Assembly: GCA_002322865.1 (NCBI GenBank)
Contig: DCOH01000010.1
Coordinates: forward strand, 1 to 57,069
Length of the DNA: 57,069 nt
Source of the DNA: Sphingobacterium sp. UBA1575
Lineage (GTDB): Bacteria; Bacteroidota; Bacteroidia; Sphingobacteriales; Sphingobacteriaceae
Direction of reading: 5' to 3'
Shown: positions 9,497 to 20,082 of the stretch, piece after piece
Position numbering within the stretch: the stretch's first letter is position 1
How the letters are laid out: each line of letters opens with the position of its first letter
Translations under genes and position numbers: made by a program
The notes under the pieces: model-generated
Told to the model about the DNA's origin: nothing
Database searches by the model: none
The model's input: the letters and a program-made list of their open reading frames with translations, nothing else

Positions 9497-11332
9497 ATGG
9501 CCAGACCGAGATTGAACAGTGGAGATTCGCATTCGGAAGATTTACCGAAGCCGAAAATTAACAAGGAGACCCTAAAGAAAGCCTTAAAGATTTTTTCTTA
9601 CATCCGACCTTTCAAATGGAAGTTCGTAATTGGGATGGTATTCCTTATTCTTTCGAGCTTGACCATGCTTACCTTTCCGGCCTTGATGGGCGCGATGATT
9701 GATGCAGCACAAGGAAAACAAAAGTTCGATTGGCTTCCTGCCGATGTGATGTATATAGGTTTGCTGAGTATTTCAATATTGGCGGTACAATCCACGATTT
9801 CCTTTTTCCGGATCCGCTTATTTGTGGAGATTGCAGAAAAATCCCTGGCCAACATTCGGAAAGATACGTATCACCGCTTGATCACCTTGCCAATTGATTT
9901 CTTTGCCAACCGCAGGGTAGGCGAACTGAACAGTAGGCTTTCTGCCGATCTTTCCCAGATCCAGGACACCATGACAACGACCTTGGCGGAAATCTTAAGA
10001 CAGACCATCAGTTTGGGCGTTGGAGTATTCCTTTTGGTCTTGGTTTCTCCAAAATTAGCGCTCATGAATTTGAGTGTATTACCGATCATCATAGTTGTAG
10101 CGCTTATTTTCGGCCGATTTATCCGCAAACTATCCAAAGAATCCCAAGATCAGTTGGCTGATTCCAATGCGATTGTCCAAGAAACTTTATTGGGGATCAG
10201 CAATGTAAAGGCATTCGTCAATGAATATTTTGAATCCAAACGCTATGCTTCCAAATTAGGCAAAGCGGTGAATCTTGCCGTAAAGGGAGCCACTTACCGC
10301 GGGTTATTTGCCTCTTTTATCATCTTTGCCATTTTCGGAGCAGCGATCGTCGTAATTTGGTATGGCGCCTCCCTGGTTTCCATTAATGAGATATCAGTAG
10401 GCGACCTGACTATGTATATCTTGTATTCCATGTTTGTGGCAGGTTCTATGGGAAGTTTCCCTGAACTCTACGCCAGCATCCAGCGTTCCTTGGGAGCAAG
10501 TGAGCGCGTATTGGAAATCCTTGACGAAGACCAGGAAGATATCAAAGTGGATGAGACCGACAAAAACATCAAACAACCTCTTACAGGAGCTATTGCATTT
10601 GACCATGTTCGATTCTCCTATCCAACCCGACCAGACATACAAATTCTTAAGGATATTTCCTTCCAGATCCAAGCCGGGAAGAAATTGGCCATTGTAGGGC
10701 CAAGCGGCACTGGAAAGTCGACCATTGCTTCGCTCATATTGCAGTTTTACCAACCTACGGATGGTACCATCTACTATGATGGCATCCCTGCTTCAGAATT
10801 GGCATTGACCGATATCCGAAACCAAGTAGCTGTGGTTCCCCAGGATGTGCTTCTTTTCGGAGGAACGATTCGGGAGAATATCAGCTATGGAAACCTTCAA
10901 GCTGATGCGGAGGAAATCATCACAGCAGCAAAACGGGCCAATGCGCATAACTTCATTATGGACTTTCCGGATGGATATGATACCATTGTTGGCGAAAGGG
11001 GAGTTAAATTATCGGGTGGACAAAGACAGCGGATCGCTATTGCACGTGCCTTGTTGAAAGACCCAGCCATATTGATCTTAGATGAAGCGACCTCTTCCCT
11101 CGACTCCGAATCTGAACGTTTGGTACAATTGGCTTTGGAAGAATTGATGAAGAACAGAACTTCTGTGATCATTGCCCACAGATTGTCTACCATTCGAGAC
11201 GCTGATATGATTATCGTCGTAGAGAATGGCTTCATATCCGATGTTGGAACCCATCAGGAATTGATGAATAAGGGCGGGGGATTATACCAACATCTCTATC
11301 AATTACAGTCTCTTCAGGTTTTCGAAAGTTAA
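9497..11332 (+). CDS. ABC exporter, fused TMD-NBD (MsbA/Atm1-like)
   Basis: About 6 TM helices; GPSGTGKS, LSGGQRQR, ILDEATS, IAHRL. Confidence 0.93.
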   Translation: MARPRLNSGDSHSEDLPKPKINKETLKKALKIFSYIRPFKWKFVIGMVFLILSSLTMLTFPALMGAMIDAAQGKQKFDWLPADVMYIGLLSISILAVQSTISFFRIRLFVEIAEKSLANIRKDTYHRLITLPIDFFANRRVGELNSRLSADLSQIQDTMTTTLAEILRQTISLGVGVFLLVLVSPKLALMNLSVLPIIIVVALIFGRFIRKLSKESQDQLADSNAIVQETLLGISNVKAFVNEYFESKRYASKLGKAVNLAVKGATYRGLFASFIIFAIFGAAIVVIWYGASLVSINEISVGDLTMYILYSMFVAGSMGSFPELYASIQRSLGASERVLEILDEDQEDIKVDETDKNIKQPLTGAIAFDHVRFSYPTRPDIQILKDISFQIQAGKKLAIVGPSGTGKSTIASLILQFYQPTDGTIYYDGIPASELALTDIRNQVAVVPQDVLLFGGTIRENISYGNLQADAEEIITAAKRANAHNFIMDFPDGYDTIVGERGVKLSGGQRQRIAIARALLKDPAILILDEATSSLDSESERLVQLALEELMKNRTSVIIAHRLSTIRDADMIIVVENGFISDVGTHQELMNKGGGLYQHLYQLQSLQVFES

Positions 11333-11430
11333 TTTTTGTTAATTTCTAAAACCCACAAACATTTTGGCGTATTGCTTGTTTCCATTATACAATAACATGT
11401 AATTACAAAATAGGATAAAAAATTATAATC

Positions 11431-11808
11431 ATGGAAAAGAATAGAAATGGATTAGTGGCATTCGCCCTACTAGGATTAGCTGTCGGAACTGCTGCATATT
11501 ATTTATTAGGAACAGAAGATGGTAAAAAGCAATTAGACCGTGCAAACGACGGAATTAAGAGCTTAACAAAATCCATTAAAGATCTTTCTAAAAAAGAAGC
11601 TAAACGTGCATCTAAATTTGCAAAATCCGCAAAAGAAGATTTAGAAAACTTAAAAGACCGCGCTAAAAACGCAGGTAGAGAAGCATTAGATAAAGCTTCT
11701 TCAAAAGCTAACGAATGGGCTGGCCGTGCATCAGACGCTGCACAAGGCATGGCTGACAAAGCAAACGATGTTGCTGATAAAGCGAAATCAGAAATTAAAA
11801 ACGCTTAA
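11431..11808 (+). CDS. YtxH-domain / LEA-like stress protein
   Basis: N-terminal GLAVGTAAYYLL TM followed by Ala/Lys/Asp-rich helical tail. Confidence 0.75.
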   Translation: MEKNRNGLVAFALLGLAVGTAAYYLLGTEDGKKQLDRANDGIKSLTKSIKDLSKKEAKRASKFAKSAKEDLENLKDRAKNAGREALDKASSKANEWAGRASDAAQGMADKANDVADKAKSEIKNA

Positions 11809-11859
11809 TTTCTAGACATCCGTCTTGGCTAGACAGATTGATTTGTATCTTTGCATATC

Positions 11860-12519
11860 ATGGATCTTTTAACACAAGTCAAGACTTTAATATATAAGGA
11901 TGTTTTATTGGAATGGCGTTCTAAATACGCAATCAATAGCATTCTTCTTTATGTAGTATCCACGGTATTTGTTTGTTATCAATCATTCCAATCCGTGGAT
12001 ACTTCTGTTTGGAACACCTTGTTCTGGATCATTCTTCTTTTCGCAGCCATCAATGCCATGAGCCGCTCCTTCCTTCAGGAAACCGGGAATAGACAACTTT
12101 ATTATTACAGCATGGTAAGCCCAAAAGCAATAATTTTGGCAAAGATCATCTATAATTCCTTGATCATGATCTTAATGACGGGGATCGCTTTTATTGTTTA
12201 CAACCTGATTTTTAGAACCCCGATCGGCAATCTACCCGTATATTTATTGAGTATATTTTTAGGAAGCATTTCCTTTGCTACGGTATTTACCATGGTAGCA
12301 GGCATCAGTGCGAAGGCTGGGAACAACAGTACCATCATGGCCATTCTCAGTTTCCCGGTCATTATCCCCCTATTGATCGTCCTCATCAAATTATCAAAAG
12401 CGGCTGCCACAGGTGGTATGATCGCAGATAGTTGGGGAGATATTGCTGTATTATTGGCAATTAATATAGTTACTATTGCCATTTCTTTGCTGTTATTTCC
12501 TTACCTTTGGCGAGATTGA
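11860..12519 (+). CDS. ccmB: Heme exporter protein CcmB
   Basis: KDVLLEWR, multi-TM, ILSFPVIIPLL; upstream of ccmC. Confidence 0.88.
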   Translation: MDLLTQVKTLIYKDVLLEWRSKYAINSILLYVVSTVFVCYQSFQSVDTSVWNTLFWIILLFAAINAMSRSFLQETGNRQLYYYSMVSPKAIILAKIIYNSLIMILMTGIAFIVYNLIFRTPIGNLPVYLLSIFLGSISFATVFTMVAGISAKAGNNSTIMAILSFPVIIPLLIVLIKLSKAAATGGMIADSWGDIAVLLAINIVTIAISLLLFPYLWRD

Positions 12520-12532
12520 TTTTTTTGTTCTT

Positions 12533-13195
12533 ATGAGAAAAAGTTGGTGGAAAATTCTTGCAGTTGTCATGGTTGCAAGTACCGTAGTTGCTGGTTTATT
12601 AGGTCCAGTACCTGTTTTGTACATCTTGAATGAGACCATCAGAAATGTGTATTTCCATGTACCTATGTGGTTTACCATGATGATTTTATACCTGATCTCC
12701 TTAATTTATAGCATTAAATACCTGAATACCGGAAAAAGAGAGCATGATTTTATGGCGGTAGAAGCTGTAAATACAGGTGTTATCTTCTGTTTCTGTGGAT
12801 TATTGACAGGTATGCTTTGGGCAAATTTCACCTGGGGAACCCCTTGGACGAATGACCCCCAATTGAATGGAGCTGCCATTGCCACCTTGATGTATCTGGC
12901 CTACCTGGTTTTAAGGAATGCCCTGGAAGAAGAACAGAAACGCGCCAAAATATCAGCCATCTATAATATTTTCGCCTTTCCGATCATGTTCGTGCTGATC
13001 TATATTCTCCCAAAAATGAATGATTCCCTTCACCCAGGCAGTGGTGGAAACTCCTCTTTCGGGGATCTGGATATGGACAATTATATGCGTCCAGTATTTT
13101 ACACGGCGGTAATCGGTTGGATTTTGATCGGCACCTGGATTGCCACCCTACGTTATAGAATTCGTTTAATAGAAGATAAAAGAAATAGTTTTTAA
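12533..13195 (+). CDS. ccmC: Heme exporter / cytochrome c biogenesis protein CcmC
   Basis: YFHVP, Trp-rich TGMLWANFTWGTPWTNDP motif, SLHP. Confidence 0.9.
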   Translation: MRKSWWKILAVVMVASTVVAGLLGPVPVLYILNETIRNVYFHVPMWFTMMILYLISLIYSIKYLNTGKREHDFMAVEAVNTGVIFCFCGLLTGMLWANFTWGTPWTNDPQLNGAAIATLMYLAYLVLRNALEEEQKRAKISAIYNIFAFPIMFVLIYILPKMNDSLHPGSGGNSSFGDLDMDNYMRPVFYTAVIGWILIGTWIATLRYRIRLIEDKRNSF

Positions 13196-13199
13196 TACA

Positions 13200-13406
13200 A
13201 TGAGAAATTTCTTATACACCCTTTTTGCGCTACTTTTTAGCTTTGGGACAGCGTTCGCTCAAGAAAAAGTACCGATGGCCGAAGGCCTTCGTTCTGAAGG
13301 AAAAATCTATGTGGTTGTTTTGGTAATGTTGGTGATTTTCTCGGTGGTGGCTATCTACCTGTTTACCATCGACCGTAAAGTCAGCAAATTAGAAAAAGAT
13401 AAATAG
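13200..13406 (+). CDS. ccmD: CcmD-family small membrane protein
   Basis: 68 aa, GKIYVVV...YLFTIDRKVSKLE, directly after ccmC. Confidence 0.7.
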   Translation: MRNFLYTLFALLFSFGTAFAQEKVPMAEGLRSEGKIYVVVLVMLVIFSVVAIYLFTIDRKVSKLEKDK

Positions 13407-13416
13407 CATATAGCCT

Positions 13417-14400
13417 ATGTTAATCAACCAACATCGGACATTATCAGGGCTGAATGTGTTCCTGGTTATTCTTGTTGGGACGGTACTATGCCTTGGGGTA
13501 TATCTGCACTTGCCGGAGAAACTTACCCCCGTGCTTTTTGAACCCGGCATCAGTAACCTTTTAGGCTTTCAGATCGGGGCGGAATTATCCCCCCAATCCA
13601 ATGTGTTCATCACATTAATCTTCACCATACTCCAAGCTTTCTATCTGAATAGGGTCGTCAATCATTTCAACCTCCTTGGAAAACCAAATTTCCTGACCGC
13701 CTTGATGTTCATGACCTTGGTCAGTGTGTTCATCCCATTTTTGGTACTATCCCCTACCCTTATCTGTAACTTTATCACCATTTGGATGGTGCAAAAGTTG
13801 TTCAACATCTATAAACATGCAGATGTAAAGGGGATCATGTTTGATCTAGGCTTATTGGTTGCATTGGGAAGCCTGATCTATTTTCCATTCATCGTGATGC
13901 TCTTGCTCATTTGGGCAAGCTTAGTGATTTTTAGGGCATTCTCCTGGAGAGAATGGATTACGCCTTTATTGGGTGTAACCGTTGTTTATTTCCTGCTGGC
14001 CGTTTGTTATTATTGGTTGGAAAGAATGGATGAATTCTATGAAATTTTTAGACCATTCACCTATGCCCTTCCAACCCGATTGAACATGGATGTACATGAT
14101 TATTTTGTACTTATTCCAATCGTAGTGGCTATTGGAGGGTTCTTGTTTATATTAAAGGATAATTTTTTCAAGAGCGTGGTCCAGGTCCGCAAGAGTTTCC
14201 AACTATTGTTCGTGATGCTGATCCTCATCTTTGGATCATTCTATCTTAACCCGGATAAATCGGTAAACCATTTTCTATTGACCATACCAGCGCTTTCCAT
14301 TTACCTCGCCTACTTCTTTACCTATGCGAAGATAAAATGGTTTTATGAAACCTTGTACGTGATTATATTGGCCACCATAATCTATTTTCAGTTTTTCTAA
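13417..14400 (+). CDS. Polytopic membrane protein (DUF6427-like)
   Basis: About 9-10 hydrophobic segments; family recalled from similar Bacteroidota proteins. Confidence 0.6.
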   Translation: MLINQHRTLSGLNVFLVILVGTVLCLGVYLHLPEKLTPVLFEPGISNLLGFQIGAELSPQSNVFITLIFTILQAFYLNRVVNHFNLLGKPNFLTALMFMTLVSVFIPFLVLSPTLICNFITIWMVQKLFNIYKHADVKGIMFDLGLLVALGSLIYFPFIVMLLLIWASLVIFRAFSWREWITPLLGVTVVYFLLAVCYYWLERMDEFYEIFRPFTYALPTRLNMDVHDYFVLIPIVVAIGGFLFILKDNFFKSVVQVRKSFQLLFVMLILIFGSFYLNPDKSVNHFLLTIPALSIYLAYFFTYAKIKWFYETLYVIILATIIYFQFF

Positions 14401-14515
14401 AAAACTGACAGTTAGCTGTTTAACCTTTTTTAACAACAAAATCTTACGTGGTTATTAAAAATTAGATAGTTTTGTAGCGAAATTTTAGCCTAAACAGGGC
14501 CATTATTATTTTAAT

Positions 14516-15859
14516 TTGATACAATTGAGACGAATATTTACACACAAAAACCTGCTTACAGCATTGGGTATTGGGGTACTGATGTTGGGCTTTACGGAGG
14601 TTAAAGCACAGTCATCTACTTCACACTCACCTTACTCACAATATGGTTTGGGACAGATGAGGGAGGATCTATTGCCTCAAACTCGCGCAATGGGCGGAAT
14701 TTCCAGTGGTGTTCGTTATCAAGGTGGTCTACCGATCTTAAATATAGCAAACCCGGCCAGTTATTCTGCATTAAACAGAACGATCTTGGATGCTGGTCTA
14801 TACGGCAACTTCACCCAATTGGCTAAATCTGGCGCTACTGGTAAAACAGCAGACTTTGCATTCAGCCATTTTGCCTTTGGTTTTTCCTTGAACAAACAGA
14901 ATGGACCTAAAGTAGGTGGGGTGTCCTTCGGTTTGATGCCTTATTCGGATGTAGGTTATAATGTAAAATCTTTACGTCAGATCGATAATATCCCTTATCA
15001 AACCAGTTTGGTCGGTGAAGGTGGTATTAACAAAGCCTATGTAGGATATGGGGTTTCTCCATTTGCTGGTTTCAGCATTGGCGCAAATGCCGGTTTCCTT
15101 TTCGGAAACCTTTTCGATAAAGCTATGATCCAATTCCCTTATGAAGCAGGGATGTATAATACCGTAGAAACCATTACCCAACAAGTAAGAGGGGCTACTT
15201 TTGACTACGGAGCACAATATTTCAAAGCATTGGGCAACAAAGTCAATTTTACCATAGGTTATTCCGGTTCATTGAACAATACCGTAAATAGTAAGACCAC
15301 ATCTTTAGTTACCCTGACCCAAACGGATGCAACAAATCCGGATGGCGAACAAGTAGCTATCGATACTTCCTCCTTTGAACCACTTTCAAACAGAAACTTA
15401 AATCTACCTTTAAAACACAGTGTTGGATTTACCTTGAGCAAAGGTATCAACTGGAGTATTGGAGCTGATTTTAAATATGCCGATTGGTCAAAATACCATA
15501 CCGAAGTGGGTGAACCACCATTGGGCAAAAACATCGGAATCGCAATTGGTGGACAGTTCAAACCAGATGCTACCTCCTTAAAATATTTGAACCTGGTAGA
15601 CTATCGTTTAGGATTCAGGTATAACAAAACACATATTTCGGTGGATAACCACCGTATTTCCGATATGGCGATTACCGTAGGTATGGGATTCCCATTACCA
15701 GAGACCAATTTTGGTAGAACATTCTCCAATGTGAATGTTTCAGCAGAGTTTGGTCAACAAGGCACCATGAATAATAATCTGGTTAGAGAGCGTTATATCA
15801 ACATCAACTTAGGGTTTACCATCAATGATGCTTGGTTCCAGAGAAGAAGTTACGATTAA
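14516..15859 (+). CDS. Outer-membrane beta-barrel (FadL-like), TTG start
   Basis: Signal peptide, SPYSQYGLG, AMGG, NPASY, GEGGIN, C-terminal INDAWFQRRSYD. Confidence 0.75.
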   Translation: MIQLRRIFTHKNLLTALGIGVLMLGFTEVKAQSSTSHSPYSQYGLGQMREDLLPQTRAMGGISSGVRYQGGLPILNIANPASYSALNRTILDAGLYGNFTQLAKSGATGKTADFAFSHFAFGFSLNKQNGPKVGGVSFGLMPYSDVGYNVKSLRQIDNIPYQTSLVGEGGINKAYVGYGVSPFAGFSIGANAGFLFGNLFDKAMIQFPYEAGMYNTVETITQQVRGATFDYGAQYFKALGNKVNFTIGYSGSLNNTVNSKTTSLVTLTQTDATNPDGEQVAIDTSSFEPLSNRNLNLPLKHSVGFTLSKGINWSIGADFKYADWSKYHTEVGEPPLGKNIGIAIGGQFKPDATSLKYLNLVDYRLGFRYNKTHISVDNHRISDMAITVGMGFPLPETNFGRTFSNVNVSAEFGQQGTMNNNLVRERYININLGFTINDAWFQRRSYD

Positions 15860-15860
15860 C

Positions 15861-16466
15861 ATGAAAATTAATTCATTGAAAATATCATCAATTTTGCCCC
15901 TATCAATCTTATTGTTAGGGGCAATCTTGTCAATTGCCTGCGAAAATGACCAAAAAGATATCGATCGATTGGCCAATATCAAAGCAGAAGAGGCTGTTGA
16001 TATTTCCAAGCATGTTACCGTGATTTACAGCGACTCTGCAAAAGTGAAAGCAGAGTTGAAAGCTCCGGAAATGCGTCAATACCACGATTCCGCACGTGTA
16101 GGAAATATGGAGTTCCAAAAAGGATTGCTCTTGATTTTCTATGGGCCGGACGGGAAAGAATCGCAGCGCATCACCTCCAATTATGGTATCCTAAAACAAC
16201 AGGAAGGGATTACGGAATTCCGCAAGAATGTGGTAATCACCTTGGCGAATGGTTCCATTCTGAATACCGAGGAATTGATCCATGACGATAAACAGAAAAA
16301 ATACTATGGAAGTCAACCTATATCGGCCATATTTACAGATGGCCGCGGGAATATGCAAGGAACTTCCTTTACCTCCGATCTGGACTTTAACATGATCGAA
16401 TGGACCAATGGAACAGGCTTAATTTATATGCAGAACAGCTCGGGATTTCCGGGTTTAGGGAACTAA
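15861..16466 (+). CDS. lptC: LPS export periplasmic protein LptC (lipoprotein-like)
   Basis: YSDSAKVKAELKAP, NVVI...LNTEEL jellyroll-like pattern; lipobox-like SIAC. Confidence 0.75.
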   Translation: MKINSLKISSILPLSILLLGAILSIACENDQKDIDRLANIKAEEAVDISKHVTVIYSDSAKVKAELKAPEMRQYHDSARVGNMEFQKGLLLIFYGPDGKESQRITSNYGILKQQEGITEFRKNVVITLANGSILNTEELIHDDKQKKYYGSQPISAIFTDGRGNMQGTSFTSDLDFNMIEWTNGTGLIYMQNSSGFPGLGN

Positions 16467-16577
16467 AATAAATTTTTACACTTTTTTTCATAAAAGTTGT
16501 ATCTTGCGCCTTGTTTTTTAACAAACACAATTAAGTAAACAAATCAAGCATTTATAACAAAAATATAGAATACAGTT

Positions 16578-18677
16578 ATGGGATTAATGAGCTATTTGCG
16601 GAACCGTGCGGGGCTAGTCATTTTCGTGATCGGTTTAGCAATTATCGCGTTTTTATTAGGAGACATCATCAACATGGGTACTCCATTTTGGCGTGCTAGT
16701 CAATCTGAAGTAGGAAATGTGAATGGTGAAGGTATAGATTACAACGAATTCAACCAACAAGTTGAACAGACTGCAGCGAGATTCGCACAGCAAATGGGTG
16801 GTCAAAACACCCCTCAGATGCACAGTTATGCTGTTCAGCAAGTGTGGAACCAATATTTGACCCAAGAGTTGATCAAACAAGAGATCGAGAAAATCGGTAT
16901 CGAAGTAGGTAAAGAAGAATTGAACAACCTAGTGACTGGAAACAATCCGTCCATGTTGATCGCACAGTATTTTACCAATCCCCAAACTGGTCAGATCGAC
17001 AAAGCATCCATCAACGCGGTGATGCAACAAGCAAAACAAGATCCTAACACGAAAAGAGAATGGGAAGCTTTATTGGAAAACATCAAAACGGATCGTTTAT
17101 TCCAAAAATACAGCACATTGGTGAACAATAGCGTATATACAACCGCTTTGGAAGCGCAATACGATTACAATTCCCGTAATAAATTGGCAAACTTCAAATA
17201 CGTGATGTTGGATTATGCTTCCATCGTCGATGCACAAGTAAAATTGACAGATGCTGATTACAAGGAATATTACGACAAAAACAAGAACGCATTCAAGAAC
17301 CAAGAGGAATCCCGTAACATTGAATACGTACTTTTTGACGCACGTCCAAACCAAGCCGATACAGCTTTAGCAACCGCAGCTATCCAAAAGTTAAAAACAG
17401 ATTTACAGGCATCAACCAATGACTCTTCATTTGTAACTGTAAACTCAGAAAGAAAATACCCAGTAACGTATTACGGAAAGAACCAATTAAGCGCAGCTTT
17501 GGATTCTGTGGTTTTCAATGCAGCTCCAGGCACCGTAGTTGGTCCTTACCTAACACAGAACGTATATGAAATCGCTAAGGTAATCAACGTGAAAATGAGT
17601 CCTGACTCTGTTAATGCTAGCACGATCGTTATCAACCCAGCAACAGAAGGCGGTGTGGATAAAGCGATTGCCAAAGCAGATTCCATCAAAAACTTAATCA
17701 CAGCTGGCGGAAACTTCTCTACCTTGGCATTGGAATTCAGTGCTGATCCGAACACGAAAACTACTGGTGGTGAGATCGGAACATTGGTAAGAGGTCAGAT
17801 CCCAGAATTGGACGCTATCCTATTTGATGGCAAAACCGGTGATGTTAAAGTGGTTCCTACCAACAATGGTGTTCACATTGTAAAAGTGAACAGACAGATC
17901 GGTAGTTCAAAAATTGCCAAGTTAGCTATCGTTGATAAATCCATTGTTTCTGGAAAAGAAACAACGGATGCAGCATATTCTAAAGCCAACAAATTCTTCT
18001 CCGCATTGAACGGAACCAATTTTGAGGAAGTGGCGAAACAACAAAACTTGACCATCCTTAAAAACGAAGGTACCAAAGCAATGGACAACAGCTTCGGCGC
18101 GGTTGAAATCCCTCGTGAATTAAGCCGTTGGGCATTTGAAGCAAAAGCTGGAACAAATGGAGATAAAGTATTCGAAACTTCAGATAACTTTATCGTTGCT
18201 CGTGTTACAGATATCCAACCTAAAGGAATCCAACCATTGGAGTCGGTTAAGAAATTGATCGAACCGGTTGTGAAGAACTTGGTTAAAGCCCGTATGTTGA
18301 AAGAGAAAATGAACAATGCATTGAATGGTTCAACTTCTATCGACCAAGTGGCTCAAAAATTAGGCAAGAACGCTCAAACCGTTGAGAATGTTGTTCTAGC
18401 AAACCCAGTTATTCCTGGAGTAGCTGTTGAAAATGCAGTTGTAGGTACCGTATTCGGATTACAACCTAACAAGCCATCAAAATCAATTGAAGGTTCTCAA
18501 GGAGTATATGCTGTTCAGGTTTTAGGATTCGTAAATCCTAAAGCATTGGCTGGTGAAGAATTAACCGCTCAACAAAAGCAAATTACAGCGTCTAAAGCTC
18601 AACGTGATCAGAACGTAATTTTCCAAGCTTTGCAAGACAACGCCAAGATTGTTGACAATCGTATTAAATTCTATTAG
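16578..18677 (+). CDS. ppiD: PpiD/SurA-family membrane-anchored chaperone / rotamase
   Basis: N-terminal TM (IGLAIIAFLLGD), SurA_N-like region, rotamase-like FSADP...GGEIG. Confidence 0.85.
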   Translation: MGLMSYLRNRAGLVIFVIGLAIIAFLLGDIINMGTPFWRASQSEVGNVNGEGIDYNEFNQQVEQTAARFAQQMGGQNTPQMHSYAVQQVWNQYLTQELIKQEIEKIGIEVGKEELNNLVTGNNPSMLIAQYFTNPQTGQIDKASINAVMQQAKQDPNTKREWEALLENIKTDRLFQKYSTLVNNSVYTTALEAQYDYNSRNKLANFKYVMLDYASIVDAQVKLTDADYKEYYDKNKNAFKNQEESRNIEYVLFDARPNQADTALATAAIQKLKTDLQASTNDSSFVTVNSERKYPVTYYGKNQLSAALDSVVFNAAPGTVVGPYLTQNVYEIAKVINVKMSPDSVNASTIVINPATEGGVDKAIAKADSIKNLITAGGNFSTLALEFSADPNTKTTGGEIGTLVRGQIPELDAILFDGKTGDVKVVPTNNGVHIVKVNRQIGSSKIAKLAIVDKSIVSGKETTDAAYSKANKFFSALNGTNFEEVAKQQNLTILKNEGTKAMDNSFGAVEIPRELSRWAFEAKAGTNGDKVFETSDNFIVARVTDIQPKGIQPLESVKKLIEPVVKNLVKARMLKEKMNNALNGSTSIDQVAQKLGKNAQTVENVVLANPVIPGVAVENAVVGTVFGLQPNKPSKSIEGSQGVYAVQVLGFVNPKALAGEELTAQQKQITASKAQRDQNVIFQALQDNAKIVDNRIKFY

Positions 18678-18698
18678 TAAAGAATAGTTAAATTTGTT

Positions 18699-18730
18699 GC
18701 TGGGTAACCCAAAGTTGCCCAGCTTTTTTT
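18699..18730 (+). terminator. Intrinsic terminator after ppiD
   Basis: GCTGGGTAAC-CCAAA-GTTGCCCAGC plus T7. Confidence 0.85.
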
Positions 18731-18742
18731 ATTTTTAGAGAA

Positions 18743-19258
18743 ATGGATATTCAAGAGAACATTGTAAATAAAGTAGCCCAAAGTGGTTTAGTGACCATTG
18801 ATTTGGCTAAATATGCCCCTACAGCTCCTATTATCATCTACGATATCAAGGAGAATCTCTTTCATGGATTGATCCTGAAGGAAAAGGATTTCCGGGAATT
18901 CATTAAAACACATGATTGGTCGCAATATGCAGGCAAGCACATCGGTATTGTTTGTTCTGCCGATGCGATTGTTCCTACATGGGCCTACATGCTCTTGACG
19001 AACAAATTGGTAGAGCATGCTCTATCCGTACACTTTGGTGATGAGGATAGTGTGCGTCAGGATTTATTTGAGCAAGAATTAGGAAGATTAGATTATAGTG
19101 TATACCAGGATGAGCGTATCGTCGTAAAGGGATGTGGAGATATCTATGTTCCAGAATCGGCTTTCGTAACCTTTACTGCCCAATTAAGTAAAGTAGCCAA
19201 AAGCATCATGTATGGCGAGCCTTGCTCCACTGTACCTGTGTTCAAGCGTAAAACTTAA
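18743..19258 (+). CDS. DUF2480 family protein
   Basis: IVNKVAQSGLVTIDL, LKEKDFR, CSADAIVPTWA, KSIMYGEPCSTVP. Confidence 0.85.
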   Translation: MDIQENIVNKVAQSGLVTIDLAKYAPTAPIIIYDIKENLFHGLILKEKDFREFIKTHDWSQYAGKHIGIVCSADAIVPTWAYMLLTNKLVEHALSVHFGDEDSVRQDLFEQELGRLDYSVYQDERIVVKGCGDIYVPESAFVTFTAQLSKVAKSIMYGEPCSTVPVFKRKT

Positions 19259-19288
19259 ACTATTTATTCAACCCACGGTCTTAGTTAT

Positions 19289-20080
19289 ATGAAAAGAATT
19301 ATTTCAGCCCTAGTCTTGTTAATTGCGCTGACCACTATTGGTCAGGCACAAACATTACCATACTTATCAGAACCCACTTTCAAAGCCGGCGAGGTATTGA
19401 AATACAAACTGCGTTATGGCTTTATGTCAGCGGCTACAGGTACCCTATCCGTACAACAGTCCAAATACAATTTTGGTAATATGGACGCGGTGCATTTATC
19501 TGCATTTGGTCAAACATCAGGGGCTTTTTCAAAATTCTATACCGTAAAGAATCAATATGATTCTTATATAGATCCGAAGAACTTTTTACCCATCCTCTAT
19601 ACTGAAAATATACGGGAGAATAATTACCGTCGGGTGGAGTATGCTACATTCGATCATAAAACCAAGAAAGTGAATGGCAAAAAAGGGACTTTCACCAGTC
19701 CGACCCAGCAAACTTTCGACTTGGTATCTGCCTATTACTTCTCCAGAAACCTTGATTTCTCTACCTTGAAAAAAGGGGATAAATTCAAGATTACTTATTT
19801 CTTGAATGATGAGGTTGCCCAATTGGGTGTGGAATATATCGGTGTTGAAAAAGTGAAATCTGTTCTTGGAACATTAGAGTGTATCAAGCTGAGTCCGGAA
19901 ATTTCTCCTGGAAGAATCTTTAAAAAGAACAGTCGTTTGTATCTTTGGGTTACGAATGATGGCAACAGAATCCCCGTTAAGGCGCAAGTAGATATTCTAA
20001 TTGGCTCTGTAACGATGGATCTGGTAAGTGCAGATGGCTTAAAATTCCCGTTAGGCCAACGGGTTAGTTATTCAAAATAA
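19289..20080 (+). CDS. DUF3108 exported protein
   Basis: Signal peptide; [25 protein letters not shown]. Confidence 0.8.
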   Translation: MKRIISALVLLIALTTIGQAQTLPYLSEPTFKAGEVLKYKLRYGFMSAATGTLSVQQSKYNFGNMDAVHLSAFGQTSGAFSKFYTVKNQYDSYIDPKNFLPILYTENIRENNYRRVEYATFDHKTKKVNGKKGTFTSPTQQTFDLVSAYYFSRNLDFSTLKKGDKFKITYFLNDEVAQLGVEYIGVEKVKSVLGTLECIKLSPEISPGRIFKKNSRLYLWVTNDGNRIPVKAQVDILIGSVTMDLVSADGLKFPLGQRVSYSK

Positions 20081-20082
20081 AA

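Noticed and set aside
9497..11332. ABC protein as the missing CcmA
   Set aside because: Fused TMD-NBD exporter of 611 aa, whereas CcmA is a stand-alone NBD
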